DNA of 64,000 nucleotides from Bryobacterales bacterium (lineage in GTDB: Bacteria > Acidobacteriota > Terriglobia > Bryobacterales > UBA6623). Both the position numbers and the translations under genes were made by a program. The notes under the pieces were generated by a model. That model did not search any database. It was not told where the DNA came from and was given only the letters and a program-made list of their open reading frames with translations. Location: positions 1 to 64,000 of the forward strand of contig CAXXKD010000001.1 of NCBI GenBank assembly GCA_963422375.2, in the 5' to 3' direction. This document shows, in pieces, positions 52,857 through 64,000 of the stretch. Within the stretch, counting starts at the first letter, position 1. Every line of letters starts with the position of its first letter.

Positions 52857-54530
52857 TCAGTTCGGATCGTTCCGGGTTTGGCGGATCACGACCGCCCGCC
52901 CGCCCGGCTCCGGGACGGACTGCGTGGCCCCGTCCGGCCAGCGCACCAGGATGCTCGAGCAGCGCTCACCGAATCCCAAGCCGAAGTGGAGGGCTGGGGA
53001 GCCGGTGGAGAGGTAGCTCCCGGCCTGGCCCCGGAACGCCGCCAGCTCGCGCCCCGCAGTCGTGCGGACCCGCACGATGGCGCCGATCGCGTCGCGGTTC
53101 GGGGGGGCCCCGTCCAGCCGCACGGTCAGGCTGTTCCCCGCCGATGAGACATTGCGAAGAACGACAGCCGCTCCGTCATTGACGTTGACGGCGACGTCGA
53201 TCCTTCCGTCGCCGTCGAGGTCGCCGAAGGCGGCACCTCGCCCGGGCACTGGCGCGCGAATTGCAGCGCCCCCGCGGCTGGATACGTCGAAGAAGCGCCC
53301 GAACAGGTTGCGGGCCAGCATCATCGGCTCCTTGTGCGACAGGGCGCGGTCGGAATCGCCGATGTCGTCCATGACGTGGCCTTGCACGACGAGCAGGTCG
53401 CGCCAGCCGTCGTTGTCAAAGTCCTCGAGGCCCATGCCCCACCCGGACCGGAGCTCGGAAAGGGCGGCGATCCCGCTCGCCTCCGAGGCCGGTTCGAACC
53501 GGCCTGCCGTGTTGCGATACAGCCAGTAGCCCTGCCGGCCGAGAGCGTTCACCAGCAAGTCCGGCTCGAGGTCGCCATTGTAGTCGCTCCAGACCGCTCC
53601 CATGCCGGCGTAATCGCGGCCCTCTGCGTCGAACGCCGCCCCCAGCCTGACTGCCACCTCGTCGAAGCGCCGCCCCCGGACATTTCGAAACATCTGCTGC
53701 GGGCGCGAGTCGTTCGCGACGAATATGTCAACCCAGCCGTCCGCGTCCTGGTCGTTCAGCGCCACACCGAGTCCCTTGCCGGGATGCGCTGTGAGGCCCG
53801 CGGCTTCGGAGACGTCATCGAAGCGTCCGTCGCCTAGGTTTCGATAGAGACCGTGAGTGACGGCTCTGAATTCCCGCGGATGGCAGTAGGACCGACGTTG
53901 TGGCAGGAACGGCCCGCACGGCTTGCTGCTCTCGGTGGTCCAGTCGAGGTAGCGGGCTACGAACAGGTCGAGGTAGCCGTCCTGGTCGTAGTCTAGGAAG
54001 GCCGCGCCGGCAGACCACCCCGGACCGTCGATGCCGGCCAAGCGGCCGAGGTCTCGGAAGGTGCCGTCGCCCTCGTTGCGGAAGAGAATGTCCTCCCCGA
54101 GATTCGAAACGAACAGGTCGGTGTCGCCGTCGGCGTCGAAGTCCGCCGCGGCAGTTCCCATGCCGTAGCCGCGACCTGCCACGCCCGCCTCCTGCGTGAC
54201 GTCCTCGAACTTCCAATCGCCGAGGTTGCGGTACAGGCGGTTCCAGTATTCGGGACGAGCCTTCGCGCGCACTCCCGCGTCCGGCGCGGCCGTTAGGTCC
54301 GAGCCGTTGACGAAATAGAGATCCAAGAGTCCGTCGCCGTCGAAGTCGAGCATCGCGACGCCGGCTCCCATCGCCTCGACGATGTGCTTCTGGCTGGTCT
54401 TGGAAGCGTAGTGCCGGAAGTCCACGCCCGCTTCGCGGGCGACGTCTTGAAACTCGATCGCGGACGCGACCCCGACTTGAAGCAAGAGGAGCGGCCACGT
54501 GCGTCGCAAGGCCGAGGCGGGGAAAGCCAC
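52857..54530 (-). CDS. CRTAC1-family FG-GAP / ASPIC-UnbV protein
   Basis: Repeated DFDGDGLLDLY-type motifs, GRGAAFGDLDGDG, NRDAIGA and LHFGLG. Confidence 0.92.
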   Translation of the reverse strand: MAFPASALRRTWPLLLLQVGVASAIEFQDVAREAGVDFRHYASKTSQKHIVEAMGAGVAMLDFDGDGLLDLYFVNGSDLTAAPDAGVRAKARPEYWNRLYRNLGDWKFEDVTQEAGVAGRGYGMGTAAADFDADGDTDLFVSNLGEDILFRNEGDGTFRDLGRLAGIDGPGWSAGAAFLDYDQDGYLDLFVARYLDWTTESSKPCGPFLPQRRSYCHPREFRAVTHGLYRNLGDGRFDDVSEAAGLTAHPGKGLGVALNDQDADGWVDIFVANDSRPQQMFRNVRGRRFDEVAVRLGAAFDAEGRDYAGMGAVWSDYNGDLEPDLLVNALGRQGYWLYRNTAGRFEPASEASGIAALSELRSGWGMGLEDFDNDGWRDLLVVQGHVMDDIGDSDRALSHKEPMMLARNLFGRFFDVSSRGGAAIRAPVPGRGAAFGDLDGDGRIDVAVNVNDGAAVVLRNVSSAGNSLTVRLDGAPPNRDAIGAIVRVRTTAGRELAAFRGQAGSYLSTGSPALHFGLGFGERCSSILVRWPDGATQSVPEPGGRAVVIRQTRNDPN

Positions 54531-54759
54531 TGGGAAACCGCCCGAATCCTCTCCGAGTGTAGCGAGGCGCCCGGACCTCCGGCGGCGCGCGCTTGTCTCG
54601 ACAGCGTTGCGTGTCGGGTGCTTGGTCGCACTCTGTACTCAGCGGTACTCAGCGCGGGCGACCCTGCTTTCCGAGAATGCCGCGGAATCAAGCATCGAGC
54701 CGGGGGCTACCAATGTGCTCGTCTCACGTAATCGTTAGCTGCGGAGTGGCCCTTGCCGG

Positions 54760-55815
54760 CTCGTTCTGCCGCGCCACCTTTCGGCGCTGGGACTGGACAT
54801 CGGTCCCCCGGCGAAAATCCTCAGTTGTGAGACACGTTCTAGAACCCCACTCGGACTCCTACGGCGAGATCATCGGCTCCCTGTCGGACCAGCGCGATGG
54901 GCGCACCAACGCCGATGACATCGCCGCCGCCGCTTGCGTCTTGGCCTGCTCCTTCGCGAGGAGCACATCCGTGCTCGAACTCGCTCGCTGCGGGGGGAGC
55001 GAGGCCGCCCGCTTCAACTGCCGGACCGGCTTCGGCGTGCGCGAGATTCCTGTATGACAGCCAGATCGGCAACCTACGCGACGGTTTGGATTCCGACCGC
55101 CAGAGCCCGCTGTTCTCGCTCTCCTCACGGGCCCTCCGCGACCGGTCGCCTTGAAGCCCTTAGAGCGCTTCGGAGACCGCCTGCGAGTGGCCCTTGCCGC
55201 CCCGTGCTGCTCGGTGACGACCTCTACTGCTGCCAGCCGATCTGCCGTGCGGCGCCCGACGCCGGGGCGGATTTCATGCTCGTCTGCAGGCCTCGCTCGC
55301 ACCGGCACCTGTACACAGGCTTGGCAAGCATGCCCGTCGAGTCGACCGGCTGGCTGTTTCGCGGCAACCTGAACGGCAAGGAATTCGTCGCACTGCACCG
55401 GTTTCGCTGGGCTAGGGGCCTGCCGGCGAGCACGGATGTCGGCGCTCCGCGCGGCACGTGGATCGAGTGCGTCATCGAGCGCAACGGCCGGGCCACCTCC
55501 ACCGGCAGTTTCTTCACAAGCTTGCGAGTGACCGCGAACAACGTAGAGGGCATCGCCAGGGCGGAACGCACAAGGTGGAAGATGGAATCCGACGGACTCC
55601 ATCGCTTGGCGCGCCTCGGCTGCGACTTCGACCATGCATTCGGCCACGGAGACGCGGGGCTAGCCGACTTGCTGGCGACGATCAACTGGTTCGCTGTCGC
55701 GCTGCGTCGCGTCTGGGACTGTCCCTGCGACCGGTGGCAGGGTTGCCGTGACAGGGTTGTCACGCGCTCGGCCCAGATCAGGGAGCTGGGGGACGCGCTG
55801 CACGTTGCATCCTGA
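54760..55815 (+). pseudogene. Degenerate transposase (ISNCY/ISAs1-like)
   Basis: LLGDDLYCCQP, RTRWKME and HAFGHG motifs; the 5' part is scrambled. Confidence 0.6.
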
Positions 55816-56046
55816 TAGATCCGTTGTGCCGAGCCGCGCCCCGTGCAGGATGGAAGAGCACGCTCCGGACGAGCCTCCGCCAGGCCATCTGAAGCGGCGC
55901 ACGCTGCCCACCGCACGCCTCTGCTGACGCGATGATCGCTCCGCTTCGTGACATTCCAGAATGGGAATCGCTGCCTGTTCTCCGACCCGATGGCGCATGC
56001 TGGTGCGGCAGCGCGGGCAGGTGCGAGCACAGGGAAGCTGCGCGAC

Positions 56047-56835
56047 GTGCATACGGACCGCTCGAAGGCTAGGGATCGGATTTCAGCCGGCGCTCTGGCT
56101 CTGCGCTTGCTGGTCGCGCTCCCGGCTGTCGGGGCGGCCGTGCCGGTGCGAGCGGGCGATGTGCGTGCAGCCGTGGCCGCAAACTTCCGCGAGGCTGCTA
56201 GCGAAGTCGGGGCGGCCTTCGAAGCGGCCACTCCGCACTCGGTCCGCTACAGCTTCGGATCGACGGGCCAGCTCTATGCTCAAATCGCGTTCGGCGCACC
56301 GTTCGACGTCTTCTTGGCAGCGGATGCCAGCAGGCCGGAGAATGCAATCGAGGAGGGCTTCGGCGTCGAAGGCACCCAGTTCACCTACGCAACGGGCAGG
56401 GTGGTGCTCTACAGCGCCGCCAGGGGGTTGGTTTCGGGCCCGGAGGCCCTCCACGAGGGCAGATTCTCGGCGCTGGCGATCGCGGAACCGACCGTCGCGC
56501 CGTACGGCGCCGCCGCGGTCGAGACCATGCGCAGGATAGGTGCCTATACCAGCGCGGAGGGGCGACTGGTCTTTGGTCTCAGCGTGGCGCAGGCATTCCA
56601 GTTCGTCCAGACCGGGAGCGCCGACCTCGGATTCGTGGCGCTGGCCCAGATTGCCCGCCGCACCGGGGGATCGCGCTGGATCGTCCCGTCCGACTTTCAC
56701 GAGCCGATCCGGCAGGACGCCGTCCTGCTCGAGCGGGGTGCACGGAACCCTGCGGCCCGAGCGTTCCTCGCGTTTCTCAAGGGCTCGGAAGCAGAGGCGA
56801 TCCTCGACAGTTTCGGCTACGGGCGGGAGGACTAG
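56047..56835 (+). CDS. modA: Molybdate ABC transporter substrate-binding protein (start uncertain)
   Basis: [34 protein letters not shown] and PIRQDAVLL. Confidence 0.93.
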   Translation: MHTDRSKARDRISAGALALRLLVALPAVGAAVPVRAGDVRAAVAANFREAASEVGAAFEAATPHSVRYSFGSTGQLYAQIAFGAPFDVFLAADASRPENAIEEGFGVEGTQFTYATGRVVLYSAARGLVSGPEALHEGRFSALAIAEPTVAPYGAAAVETMRRIGAYTSAEGRLVFGLSVAQAFQFVQTGSADLGFVALAQIARRTGGSRWIVPSDFHEPIRQDAVLLERGARNPAARAFLAFLKGSEAEAILDSFGYGRED

Positions 56836-56842
56836 CCCGCGC

Positions 56843-57529
56843 ATGACTGACGCCTCGTCCATCTGGCCGCCGGTGCTGCTGACGCTTCAGCTGGCCGCTG
56901 CTTCGACGGCCCTTCTGCTGCTTGTCGGCACGCCAGTCGCGTGGTGGCTCGCGCGCACGGGGACCCGCTGGAAGGAGGCCGTCGCGGCCGTCGTAGCCCT
57001 GCCCCTGGTGCTTCCGCCGACAGTTCTCGGCTTCTACCTGCTCCTCGCACTCGGCCCCGGCGGCCCCGGAGGCTGGCTGGCCGGCCTCGGTGGCAGTCGC
57101 TCCTTGGCGTTCTCGTTCGAGGGGATCCTGCTCGGATCGGTGATCTACTCGATGCCGTTCGTCGTGCAGCCGATACGGAACGCCTTCGAGGCTGTCGGGG
57201 ACCGTCCGCTCGAAGTTGCCGCGACCCTCGGCGCGACGCCTTGGGACGCGTTCTGGACGGTCGCCGTGCCTCTGGCACGCCCCGGTTTCGTTTCCGGGGC
57301 GGTGCTGGGATTCGCTCACACGATCGGGGAGTTCGGGGTGGTTCTGATGATCGGCGGCAACATACCGGGCGAGACCAAGGTGCTGTCCATCGCCGTCTAC
57401 GAGTACGTCGAGACGCTGCAGTGGCCGCTGGCCCACCTGCTTGCCGGAGGCATGCTCGTGTTCTCGTTCGCCGTCATCCTCGCGACAATGGTGCATCAGG
57501 GCCGAGCCGGCGGGAGGGGGTCCGCGTGA
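56843..57529 (+). CDS. modB: Molybdate ABC transporter permease
   Basis: [15 protein letters not shown] and [22 protein letters not shown]. Confidence 0.95.
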   Translation: MTDASSIWPPVLLTLQLAAASTALLLLVGTPVAWWLARTGTRWKEAVAAVVALPLVLPPTVLGFYLLLALGPGGPGGWLAGLGGSRSLAFSFEGILLGSVIYSMPFVVQPIRNAFEAVGDRPLEVAATLGATPWDAFWTVAVPLARPGFVSGAVLGFAHTIGEFGVVLMIGGNIPGETKVLSIAVYEYVETLQWPLAHLLAGGMLVFSFAVILATMVHQGRAGGRGSA

Positions 57530-58662
57530 GCGGGGGCGGAGCGATCTGCGCCCGGCTCGCCGGTTCGCTGGGATCCTTCTCGCTCGACGTCGACTTCGAG
57601 GTGCCGGCCCGTGGCATCACGGCGCTCTTCGGCCCGTCCGGTTGCGGCAAGACCACCCTCCTCCGCTGCATCGCCGGCCTCAGCCGGCTAGCGGGGCGCC
57701 TCGCGGTCGGGGAGCAGGTCTGGCAGGACGATTCGGCGCGGATTTGCCGCAAGCCGCACGAGCGCCCGGTCGGGTACGTCTTTCAGGAAGCGAGCCTTTT
57801 CTCCCACCTGTCCGTTCGGCGGAATCTGCTCTACGGCGCCCGCCGCCGGTCCCGGTCCCGGCGTGACGAGGAACTGGCATTTGACCCCGTAGTCGCTCTG
57901 CTTGAGATCGGCAGCCTGCTTGGCCGCTTGCCGGCAGCGCTTTCCGGGGGCGAGCGCCAGCGAGTCGCCATCGGGCGGGCGCTGCTGTCCCGGCCGCGGT
58001 TGCTTCTGATGGACGAGCCGCTCTCCGGCTTGGACCAGGGAGCCAAGGAAGGCATTCTCCCCTACTTGGAGACGCTTCACGAGCGGCTCTCGATCCCGAT
58101 CCTCTACGTCAGCCACGACCTCCGGGAGGTGGCGCGGCTGGCGGACACGGTCATCGTGATGGCAGCCGGCAAGCGGGTCATCGACGGTCCGGTCGAGGAG
58201 ATACTCGAACGCTTGGACCTGGGACTCGCGGCGGGGCCCTTCGAGACGGGGGTAGTCCTGCGTGCGCGGGTTTCAGGCCAGGACTCTCGGTTCCGGATCA
58301 CCCGCTTGGACCTCGGCGGCCAGCCCGTCGTCATCCCTGCGGCCGACCTGCCGGTCGGGGAAGAGGTGCGGCTGAGAGTCCGGTCCCGCGATGTCGCGAT
58401 CGCGACGGCCCGGCCCGACTCGATCAGCGTCCGCAACGTCCTTCCTGGAAGGGTACTCGAGATCGTCGAAGACGCGGGGACTGCGTTTGCCGAAGTGCTG
58501 GTCGACATCGGTGCCGGGCGCGTGCGCGCCCGCATCACCCGCGACGCTTCGGCGGACCTCGGCCTGACTGTCGGGAAGGAGGTCTTCGCGCTGGTCAAGA
58601 GCATCTCGCTGGACCGCCCGGCGCTCGGAGCGCCTCGTCCCTCGCGCGGCGGGCCTCTCTAG
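57526..58662 (+). CDS. modC: Molybdate ABC transporter ATP-binding protein
   Basis: [23 protein letters not shown] and C-terminal TOBE/Mop domains. Confidence 0.95.
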   Translation: MSGGGAICARLAGSLGSFSLDVDFEVPARGITALFGPSGCGKTTLLRCIAGLSRLAGRLAVGEQVWQDDSARICRKPHERPVGYVFQEASLFSHLSVRRNLLYGARRRSRSRRDEELAFDPVVALLEIGSLLGRLPAALSGGERQRVAIGRALLSRPRLLLMDEPLSGLDQGAKEGILPYLETLHERLSIPILYVSHDLREVARLADTVIVMAAGKRVIDGPVEEILERLDLGLAAGPFETGVVLRARVSGQDSRFRITRLDLGGQPVVIPAADLPVGEEVRLRVRSRDVAIATARPDSISVRNVLPGRVLEIVEDAGTAFAEVLVDIGAGRVRARITRDASADLGLTVGKEVFALVKSISLDRPALGAPRPSRGGPL

Positions 58663-59617
58663 CCTCGGCGGCAGTCCCTGTCCGTGCGGCTGGCCGCGCC
58701 GGTCCGGCATGATGTCGGCGGGTCGCAGGTGCGGTCTTGGTCCAGCTCGATGATGGTCGCCGCGGTGAGCCGCCCGTCCTGCTCCTGCAATCGCAGTGCT
58801 CGTTTCAGCAATGACGTGGGGAGACTGGGCGTGATGATCCGAGAAGTGGGATGCAACGGCGGTCTCTCAGTTCGATGGCCTTGCACTATGATTTCTCCGC
58901 AGTTTGGTATCGATCCCTAAAGTCGAAATGATGTTGAGAGTCCTCGCAGAGTAGATTAACCTATATACAATTCGTATCATCGGTCGAAAGGAACTAATTT
59001 CAGTGATGTGAAAAAACCAGGAATTTGTCGGAATATGAACGGGAATCCATACTGAATTATTGGGAATATGTGCTGAAAATCTGCGGATTCATCTTGAGAA
59101 ATAATGGACATGATTCCTATGGAGATCAAGAAATTCGACTCGCGGCCATCGCTAGACTGTTTGAGGGTACAAACACTTGCAGCGTGACTTGGATTCTGAG
59201 CGGAGATGCTGCCGGGCGATTTGGGAGAGAGCAATTCAAATCGAAACCCGTCTGCTTGTTAGATCTGCCGAATGAGCGGGATCGATGGAGATTCGTTGCG
59301 CGAGCTGTGCAGGATACCTTTGCGTTGGTCCGCGTTACTCGCGAGTGGAGTCCACCCGCAGGACCGCGCTTTCGGCGAATTGCTGGACCTAGCAGAACTC
59401 GCGGAACCTGCCGTGGCGGGCATGGGAGCTGGCTTCAGGCCTTCCGCCGGACGGACTCCTCCTGCGCAGACGGCCCGGTGGGTCGGGTCGCCTCCGCCGG
59501 GCCTCCAAGCAACCGCTTCGGTAACTTCTCGAACGGTCCGGGCTAGGGCCGCCCGTGCGTCCGAGCGCGTCCCGGCGTTGAGCCGTGGGATGCCGCGGCA
59601 GCTCCCGGAACTGCCGG

Positions 59618-60829
59618 TCAGGGGAGCGCCGCGCGATGCCTCTTCTCGTAGTGCTGCCGGAGCAGGTCCTTGCCGTAGTCGTTTCCATTCGGAGTGCGCA
59701 TCACGGCATGCACGTGCTGCCGCTGCGGCGTGCGGGGCAGCGAGCGCATGAAGACTGGCCTCTGGTGGTCGAATTCCACGAGGACAACCGGGCTGTGGAC
59801 GCGGTAGTAGAACACGTCCTCGTTACCGATACCCCCGATCCATGCGAAGTGGGTCCTGTCGAGATGCTCGCGAACTTCGTCCATCTTGACCCTCGCGTGG
59901 CCGTCGTCCATGTGACCTACGAAACTCTCGACGATGTCGAGCAGCATGTCGCGCTGCGAGGCGCTCAGATCGGTGGCCTGGATTCCGGCGTAGGCGAGAT
60001 CCGCATTGTCCTTGAAGGCCTGGGTCAGGGCGTCGTTGCCGTCCTTCGAGGTCTCCAAGACCGCCTTCTCGCGCTGGGCCGTGCTCAGGGACTGGGCCAG
60101 AGCGAGGCCCCGACGCTGCTCTTCCTGCATCACCGCGACCCCCTTGTACTTGCCACCCTCGGCGATTACCGGCTCCGAGCCGAGGAATGTCGGCGTCATG
60201 ACCACTTGGTCGCCGAGCACGAAGTAGTTGATGATCAGGTGATGCCCGTCGAGCTGCCAGCCCCAGGGCTGGTCCTCGGAGGGCTCGCCCATGACGGTCA
60301 AGTAGTAGAGCCATTCGTCCAGCTCCTCGAAGTTGGACGTGATCTCGCCGAGGCTGTAGTTCAGGCGCATGATATCGCGGCTCTGCCGGAACCCTCGCGC
60401 ACTGAGCCCTGCCTTCATCAAGGCCATCCCCGCGTCTCGCTGGCGCTCGTCCAGTTCCTGGAACGAGATGCCTTGGCGCGGGTAGCTGTGTTGGTTGGCC
60501 CACTTCCGCCATTCGTCGTCGTCGACCGGGAATCTCACGCGCTCGCGCTGCTCGCCCGCGAGAGAGTCTAGGAAGGCGCGCGCGGCATCGACGACCGGCT
60601 GCGTCGTGACGCCGCTGGCCTGTAGGGCGAACAGCCCGGGCTCCAGCTCGCCGCTGGCGCTGATCCCGACGAACGGACGAGCAAGGGCGCGCCGCTCCAT
60701 CGCCGCGAAGCGACCCCCTCCTGGCCCGCCCCGCTGGGACAGAGCGAACTCGACGAGCAGGCCCGCGCCCGCTAGGGCGACGAATCCCGACAGCAGCAGG
60801 ATCCGTCGGCTTGCGAATAGGGTTGTCAT
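59618..60829 (-). CDS. DUF3500 domain protein
   Basis: PWGWQLDGHHL, TPTFLGSEP, YYRVHSP..VEFDHQ and HVHAVMRTPNGNDYG. Confidence 0.88.
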   Translation of the reverse strand: MTTLFASRRILLLSGFVALAGAGLLVEFALSQRGGPGGGRFAAMERRALARPFVGISASGELEPGLFALQASGVTTQPVVDAARAFLDSLAGEQRERVRFPVDDDEWRKWANQHSYPRQGISFQELDERQRDAGMALMKAGLSARGFRQSRDIMRLNYSLGEITSNFEELDEWLYYLTVMGEPSEDQPWGWQLDGHHLIINYFVLGDQVVMTPTFLGSEPVIAEGGKYKGVAVMQEEQRRGLALAQSLSTAQREKAVLETSKDGNDALTQAFKDNADLAYAGIQATDLSASQRDMLLDIVESFVGHMDDGHARVKMDEVREHLDRTHFAWIGGIGNEDVFYYRVHSPVVLVEFDHQRPVFMRSLPRTPQRQHVHAVMRTPNGNDYGKDLLRQHYEKRHRAALP

Positions 60830-61599
60830 CGACTCTAACCGTAACCCACGGGGCGGGCTCCCTCAACTCCGAGAGGGCGCGTGGCGCATGCCGCGATCGC
60901 GGTGTGCGCGACGCGCGGGGCGAGTGAACCACGAGGATGCAATTGGCCATTGCGTTCGATGCGCCGGCCGAAGGCTGCGCTGGCGCAGGCGGCAGCCCAT
61001 TCGATTCAGCGGCGATCCGGCGACTTCCGTCCCCCGGCCATTGCTTCGAACCGGGACGTGGTCGGCCTTGGGTGCGGTTTCCCGTCCCTCGCTGCCTCGT
61101 GCGAGCGTCCCGCTCGAGCAGTGCGTACCGAGTCCGCGCCACCCGCCAAGGACGAGGCTCGGACGGCCGTCCGAGAGCGGCCATCGCGGCACCGTAGATC
61201 CCCGCCAAGAGGATGGCACGAAGTCCAAGCCGGTCTCGCGCACTGGCGACCCCGGTGACCTTCGTCCGCGCCTGGCCGGGGGCCTCGTACCCGAAGCGGC
61301 CGAAGTCGGCAAGAAACCCGCCTCTCTGCGGCAACGGCCCGGTCCGAAGGGGACTTCGTTCTCGGCCGGGCTGTAGGGAGCGCGCCGGACCTTCCACACG
61401 TGCCTTGAATCGGATGGCCCCCGTTGACCGCTTTTGTGGACGTCGCTCCAGTTGGACCGGACCGCGGGCGTAAGCCGACGGCCGAGGCCTGCGGAACGAG
61501 GCTTGGATGTGCTTACCGCTGCGATCATCGAATGACCGCTTCGCGGGTCGCTGCATTTCTCTAGTCCGAATCAGCCGGACCTCTATTCGGGATCGGACG

Positions 61600-62850
61600 C
61601 TGAGATTGGGAAGGTACCTTGCCCGTCACGCCGAGTCCCGTGTCCGCACGGTGCTCGAGGATACGCGCATCGTGGCACTCGTGGGGCCGTGGCAGTCCGG
61701 CTTGACCACCTTGGTGCGCCGGGTCCCGGTGGCGGGCAGACGGCCGTCCTTCAATCTGGACGACGAGCAGTTCAAGCGGTTCGCCCGAGACGACCCGGTC
61801 GGGTTCCTGCGCGGACGAGACGCGCCTGCGATTGACGAGGTCCGGAGGGCTCCGAATCTCTTCCGTGCGCTCAAGAAGGCAGTTGACGAGAATCCTCTCC
61901 CCGGGAGGCACCTAGTCGCCGGATCCGCAGACCTCTCTTCGGGTGCCGTCTCGCCCGACTCGCTCGCGGGCCGTGTGGAGGTTCTTGAACTCCTGCCGTT
62001 TTCCCGAGCGGAAGTCGCCGCCAAACGACGCCCGCGGTTCCTCGACCGTACGTTCGAGCGTGATCCCCCCAGCTTCGCGCCGACGAGCCCGACAGGCGCC
62101 GGCGTTGATCGAGTAGTCGCCGGCGGGATTCCCGAAGTCGTTTCGGGCGCCCTGCCGGAGCGGCGGTCGAGCTGGCTTCGCTCCTACGCCCAAGCGCTGG
62201 CCCTTCGCGAAATCGCCGACCTCGCCTCGGTCCGGAAGACGGACGGCCCGAGCCGGCTGGTCGGCCATGCGGCCCGATCCGCCGGCCAGTTGCTCAACCT
62301 CTCAGCGCTCGGGGCCGGTCTCGGGTTGGACGGCAAGCCCGTGGACCGGCTGCTCGGACAGATGCTCCTTGTCCGGCGAATCCCCGCTTGGCATCGCAAT
62401 GAGGCAAAGCGGCTTGTCAAGTCGTCGAAGCTGAGATTCCTGGATGCGGGGCTGCTGGCGGCTCTGCGTAGGGCAACCGCTGATGTAATCGCGAGGGACC
62501 GGCGGCGGATCGGCCCGCTCCTGGAGTGCTTCGTGCATTCCTAGCCGGCCAAGGCGGCCGCACTCTCGGATGACCTTGTATTGATCGGCCACTACCGCGA
62601 CAAGGATCAACCATTGGTTGATTTCGTCCTCGAGCGTTCGCCGAGGGAGATTGTCGGCATAGGGGTCAAGCAGTCAAGGCTGCCGCCACGGCGGGCCCGA
62701 AGGACTTCCAAGGCTTGGCACGGCTGGAGGCCGCTGCGGGCGGCCGTTTCGCTTGCGGCTTCGTGCTGCACGACGGCGACGGCATCCAGCAGGCGGCTGC
62801 GAAGCAGCTCGCGATGCCCGGCACGATGCTTTGGGAGGCGTAGCGGCACC
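61600..62850 (+). pseudogene. AAA+ ATPase (AAA_14/DUF4143) pseudogene
   Basis: Degenerate Walker A (GPWQSGLTT), IDEV, DSLAGR, KRLVKSSK. In-frame TAG at 62542, then HYRDKDQ..VDFVLE and a frameshift. Confidence 0.8.
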
Positions 62851-62869
62851 GGCTGGCCTGTCGGCGCGC

Positions 62870-62899
62870 TTGACAGCGCGAGACGGGAGGTGCTACGAT
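62870..62899 (+). promoter_or_regulatory. Sigma70-like promoter TTGACA-18-TACGAT (extended -10)
   Basis: Lies 35 bp upstream of the TBDR start. Confidence 0.5.
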
Positions 62900-62933
62900 G
62901 GCTGCGAATCTGTTATAACAGAGGGGGGTTGTT

Positions 62934-64000
62934 ATGACCAAACTATTTCGCGCTATTCGTCTCGGGGCCGTCGCGCTGTGCATGGTCGCGCTGGCCTCGG
63001 CGCAGCAGGGTACCGGAACGATCACCGGGCTCGTCACTGACCAGCAGGGGGCCGTGATCCCCGGGGCCCAGGTCGAGGTCCGCAACACGGGGACGAACGC
63101 GGTGTTCACGACGTCGTCGAACGAGAGCGGGCTGTACGTCGCTCCGGGCATGGCGGTCGGCGAATACGAGATCGGGGTCGAGTCGGAGGGCTTCCGGCGC
63201 AGCGTGCGCTCGGGTGTCACGCTGCAGGTCGGGCAGAACGCCGAGGTCAACGTGACCTTGGAGATCGGCCAGGTCACCGAAGTGGTGGAGGTGATCGGGG
63301 AGGCTCCCTTGGTCGATACCGGCGGGGCGACCATCGGCGAGGTGATCGAGCGCAAGCGCGTTTCCGACTTGCCGATCAACGGCCGTGGCGCGCTGGCGCT
63401 GACGATGCTGACCGCCGGCGTCATCTCGAACGCCGGGCCGACGAATTCAGGCTTCGGCGACCGCGGCATCCAGCTGTCCTCGATTTCGATCAACGGCAGC
63501 CCGAACTCGATGAACGCCCAGATGCTGGACGGCAACAACAACATCCTCAGCTACGTCGGCGAGGTGGGCGTGCCGATCGCCGTCGACTCGGTCGAGGAGT
63601 TCAAGGTGCAGAGCGGAACCATGTCGTCCGAGTACGGCTACACCGCTGGCGGGGCGATCAACCTAGTGACGCGCTCGGGAACCAACCAGATCCACGGCAC
63701 GGCATACGAGTTCCTGCGCAATGACAAGGTGGACGCGCGCAATGCCTTCGCTCGGAGGCGCCTGCCTCTTCGCTATAACCAGTACGGCGCGTCGGTTGGC
63801 GGCCCTGTCGTCAGGAACCGCACCTTCGGTTTCTTCAACTGGGAGGAATACCGCCTCGCTCGCAGCAGCCCGCGCATCCGCAACGTGCCGCACCCTGACT
63901 TTCTGGTTGGAAATTTCAGCGAGCTCCGCACAGCGAAGGGAGCTTCAGTGCCGATCTACGACCCCGACACGACCCGCCCGAACCCTGACGGCGGCGGACA
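62934..64000 (+). CDS. TonB-dependent receptor, 3' truncated by the window
   Basis: Signal peptide, GTITGLVTDQQGAVIPGA, LPINGRG and TRSGTNQIHGTAYEFLRN. Confidence 0.93.
   Translation, partial: MTKLFRAIRLGAVALCMVALASAQQGTGTITGLVTDQQGAVIPGAQVEVRNTGTNAVFTTSSNESGLYVAPGMAVGEYEIGVESEGFRRSVRSGVTLQVGQNAEVNVTLEIGQVTEVVEVIGEAPLVDTGGATIGEVIERKRVSDLPINGRGALALTMLTAGVISNAGPTNSGFGDRGIQLSSISINGSPNSMNAQMLDGNNNILSYVGEVGVPIAVDSVEEFKVQSGTMSSEYGYTAGGAINLVTRSGTNQIHGTAYEFLRNDKVDARNAFARRRLPLRYNQYGASVGGPVVRNRTFGFFNWEEYRLARSSPRIRNVPHPDFLVGNFSELRTAKGASVPIYDPDTTRPNPDGGG

Noticed and set aside
58900..59560. AT-rich stretch with a faint response-regulator-like fragment (MSGIDG)
   Set aside because: No coherent ORF or complete motif; cannot be supported.

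Overview
The window has two halves. Bases 1 to about 28.6 kb are the right part of a very GC-rich siphovirus-like prophage. It runs from a tail module (tape-measure C-terminus, three tail-tip genes and a 1730-aa central fibre with knob repeats and two collagen stretches) through a collagen module and a lower-GC restriction-modification island to a cI/cro switch with clear operators, then an early operon (YqaJ/RecT recombination, ParB-replication initiator fusion, loader-like gene) ending in a tyrosine integrase. The standout is the collagen module at 8.9-14.2 kb. One 642-aa protein fuses a COLGALT-like GT25 domain, a PLOD/LH3-like glycosyltransferase domain and a PLOD-like lysyl hydroxylase domain. 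It is followed by three similar-length collagen-like ORFs, two of them rich in X-Lys-Gly, and a second 2OG-Fe(II) oxygenase. Together these look like a phage-encoded, animal-style collagen hydroxylation and glycosylation system. Also notable are a Csx16-like domain in frame behind the cI amber stop, a three-copy covarying double-hairpin element and a candidate structured ncRNA. From about 28.7 kb to the end is host DNA that looks like Acidobacteriota (an inference): TonB-dependent receptors (one a pseudogene), DUF1549/1553-DUF1501, sulfatases, a CRTAC1-family gene, modABC, two IS1595 elements with exact TIRs and 8-bp TSDs, and several pseudogenes. All family calls come from motif recognition by eye; no searches were run.
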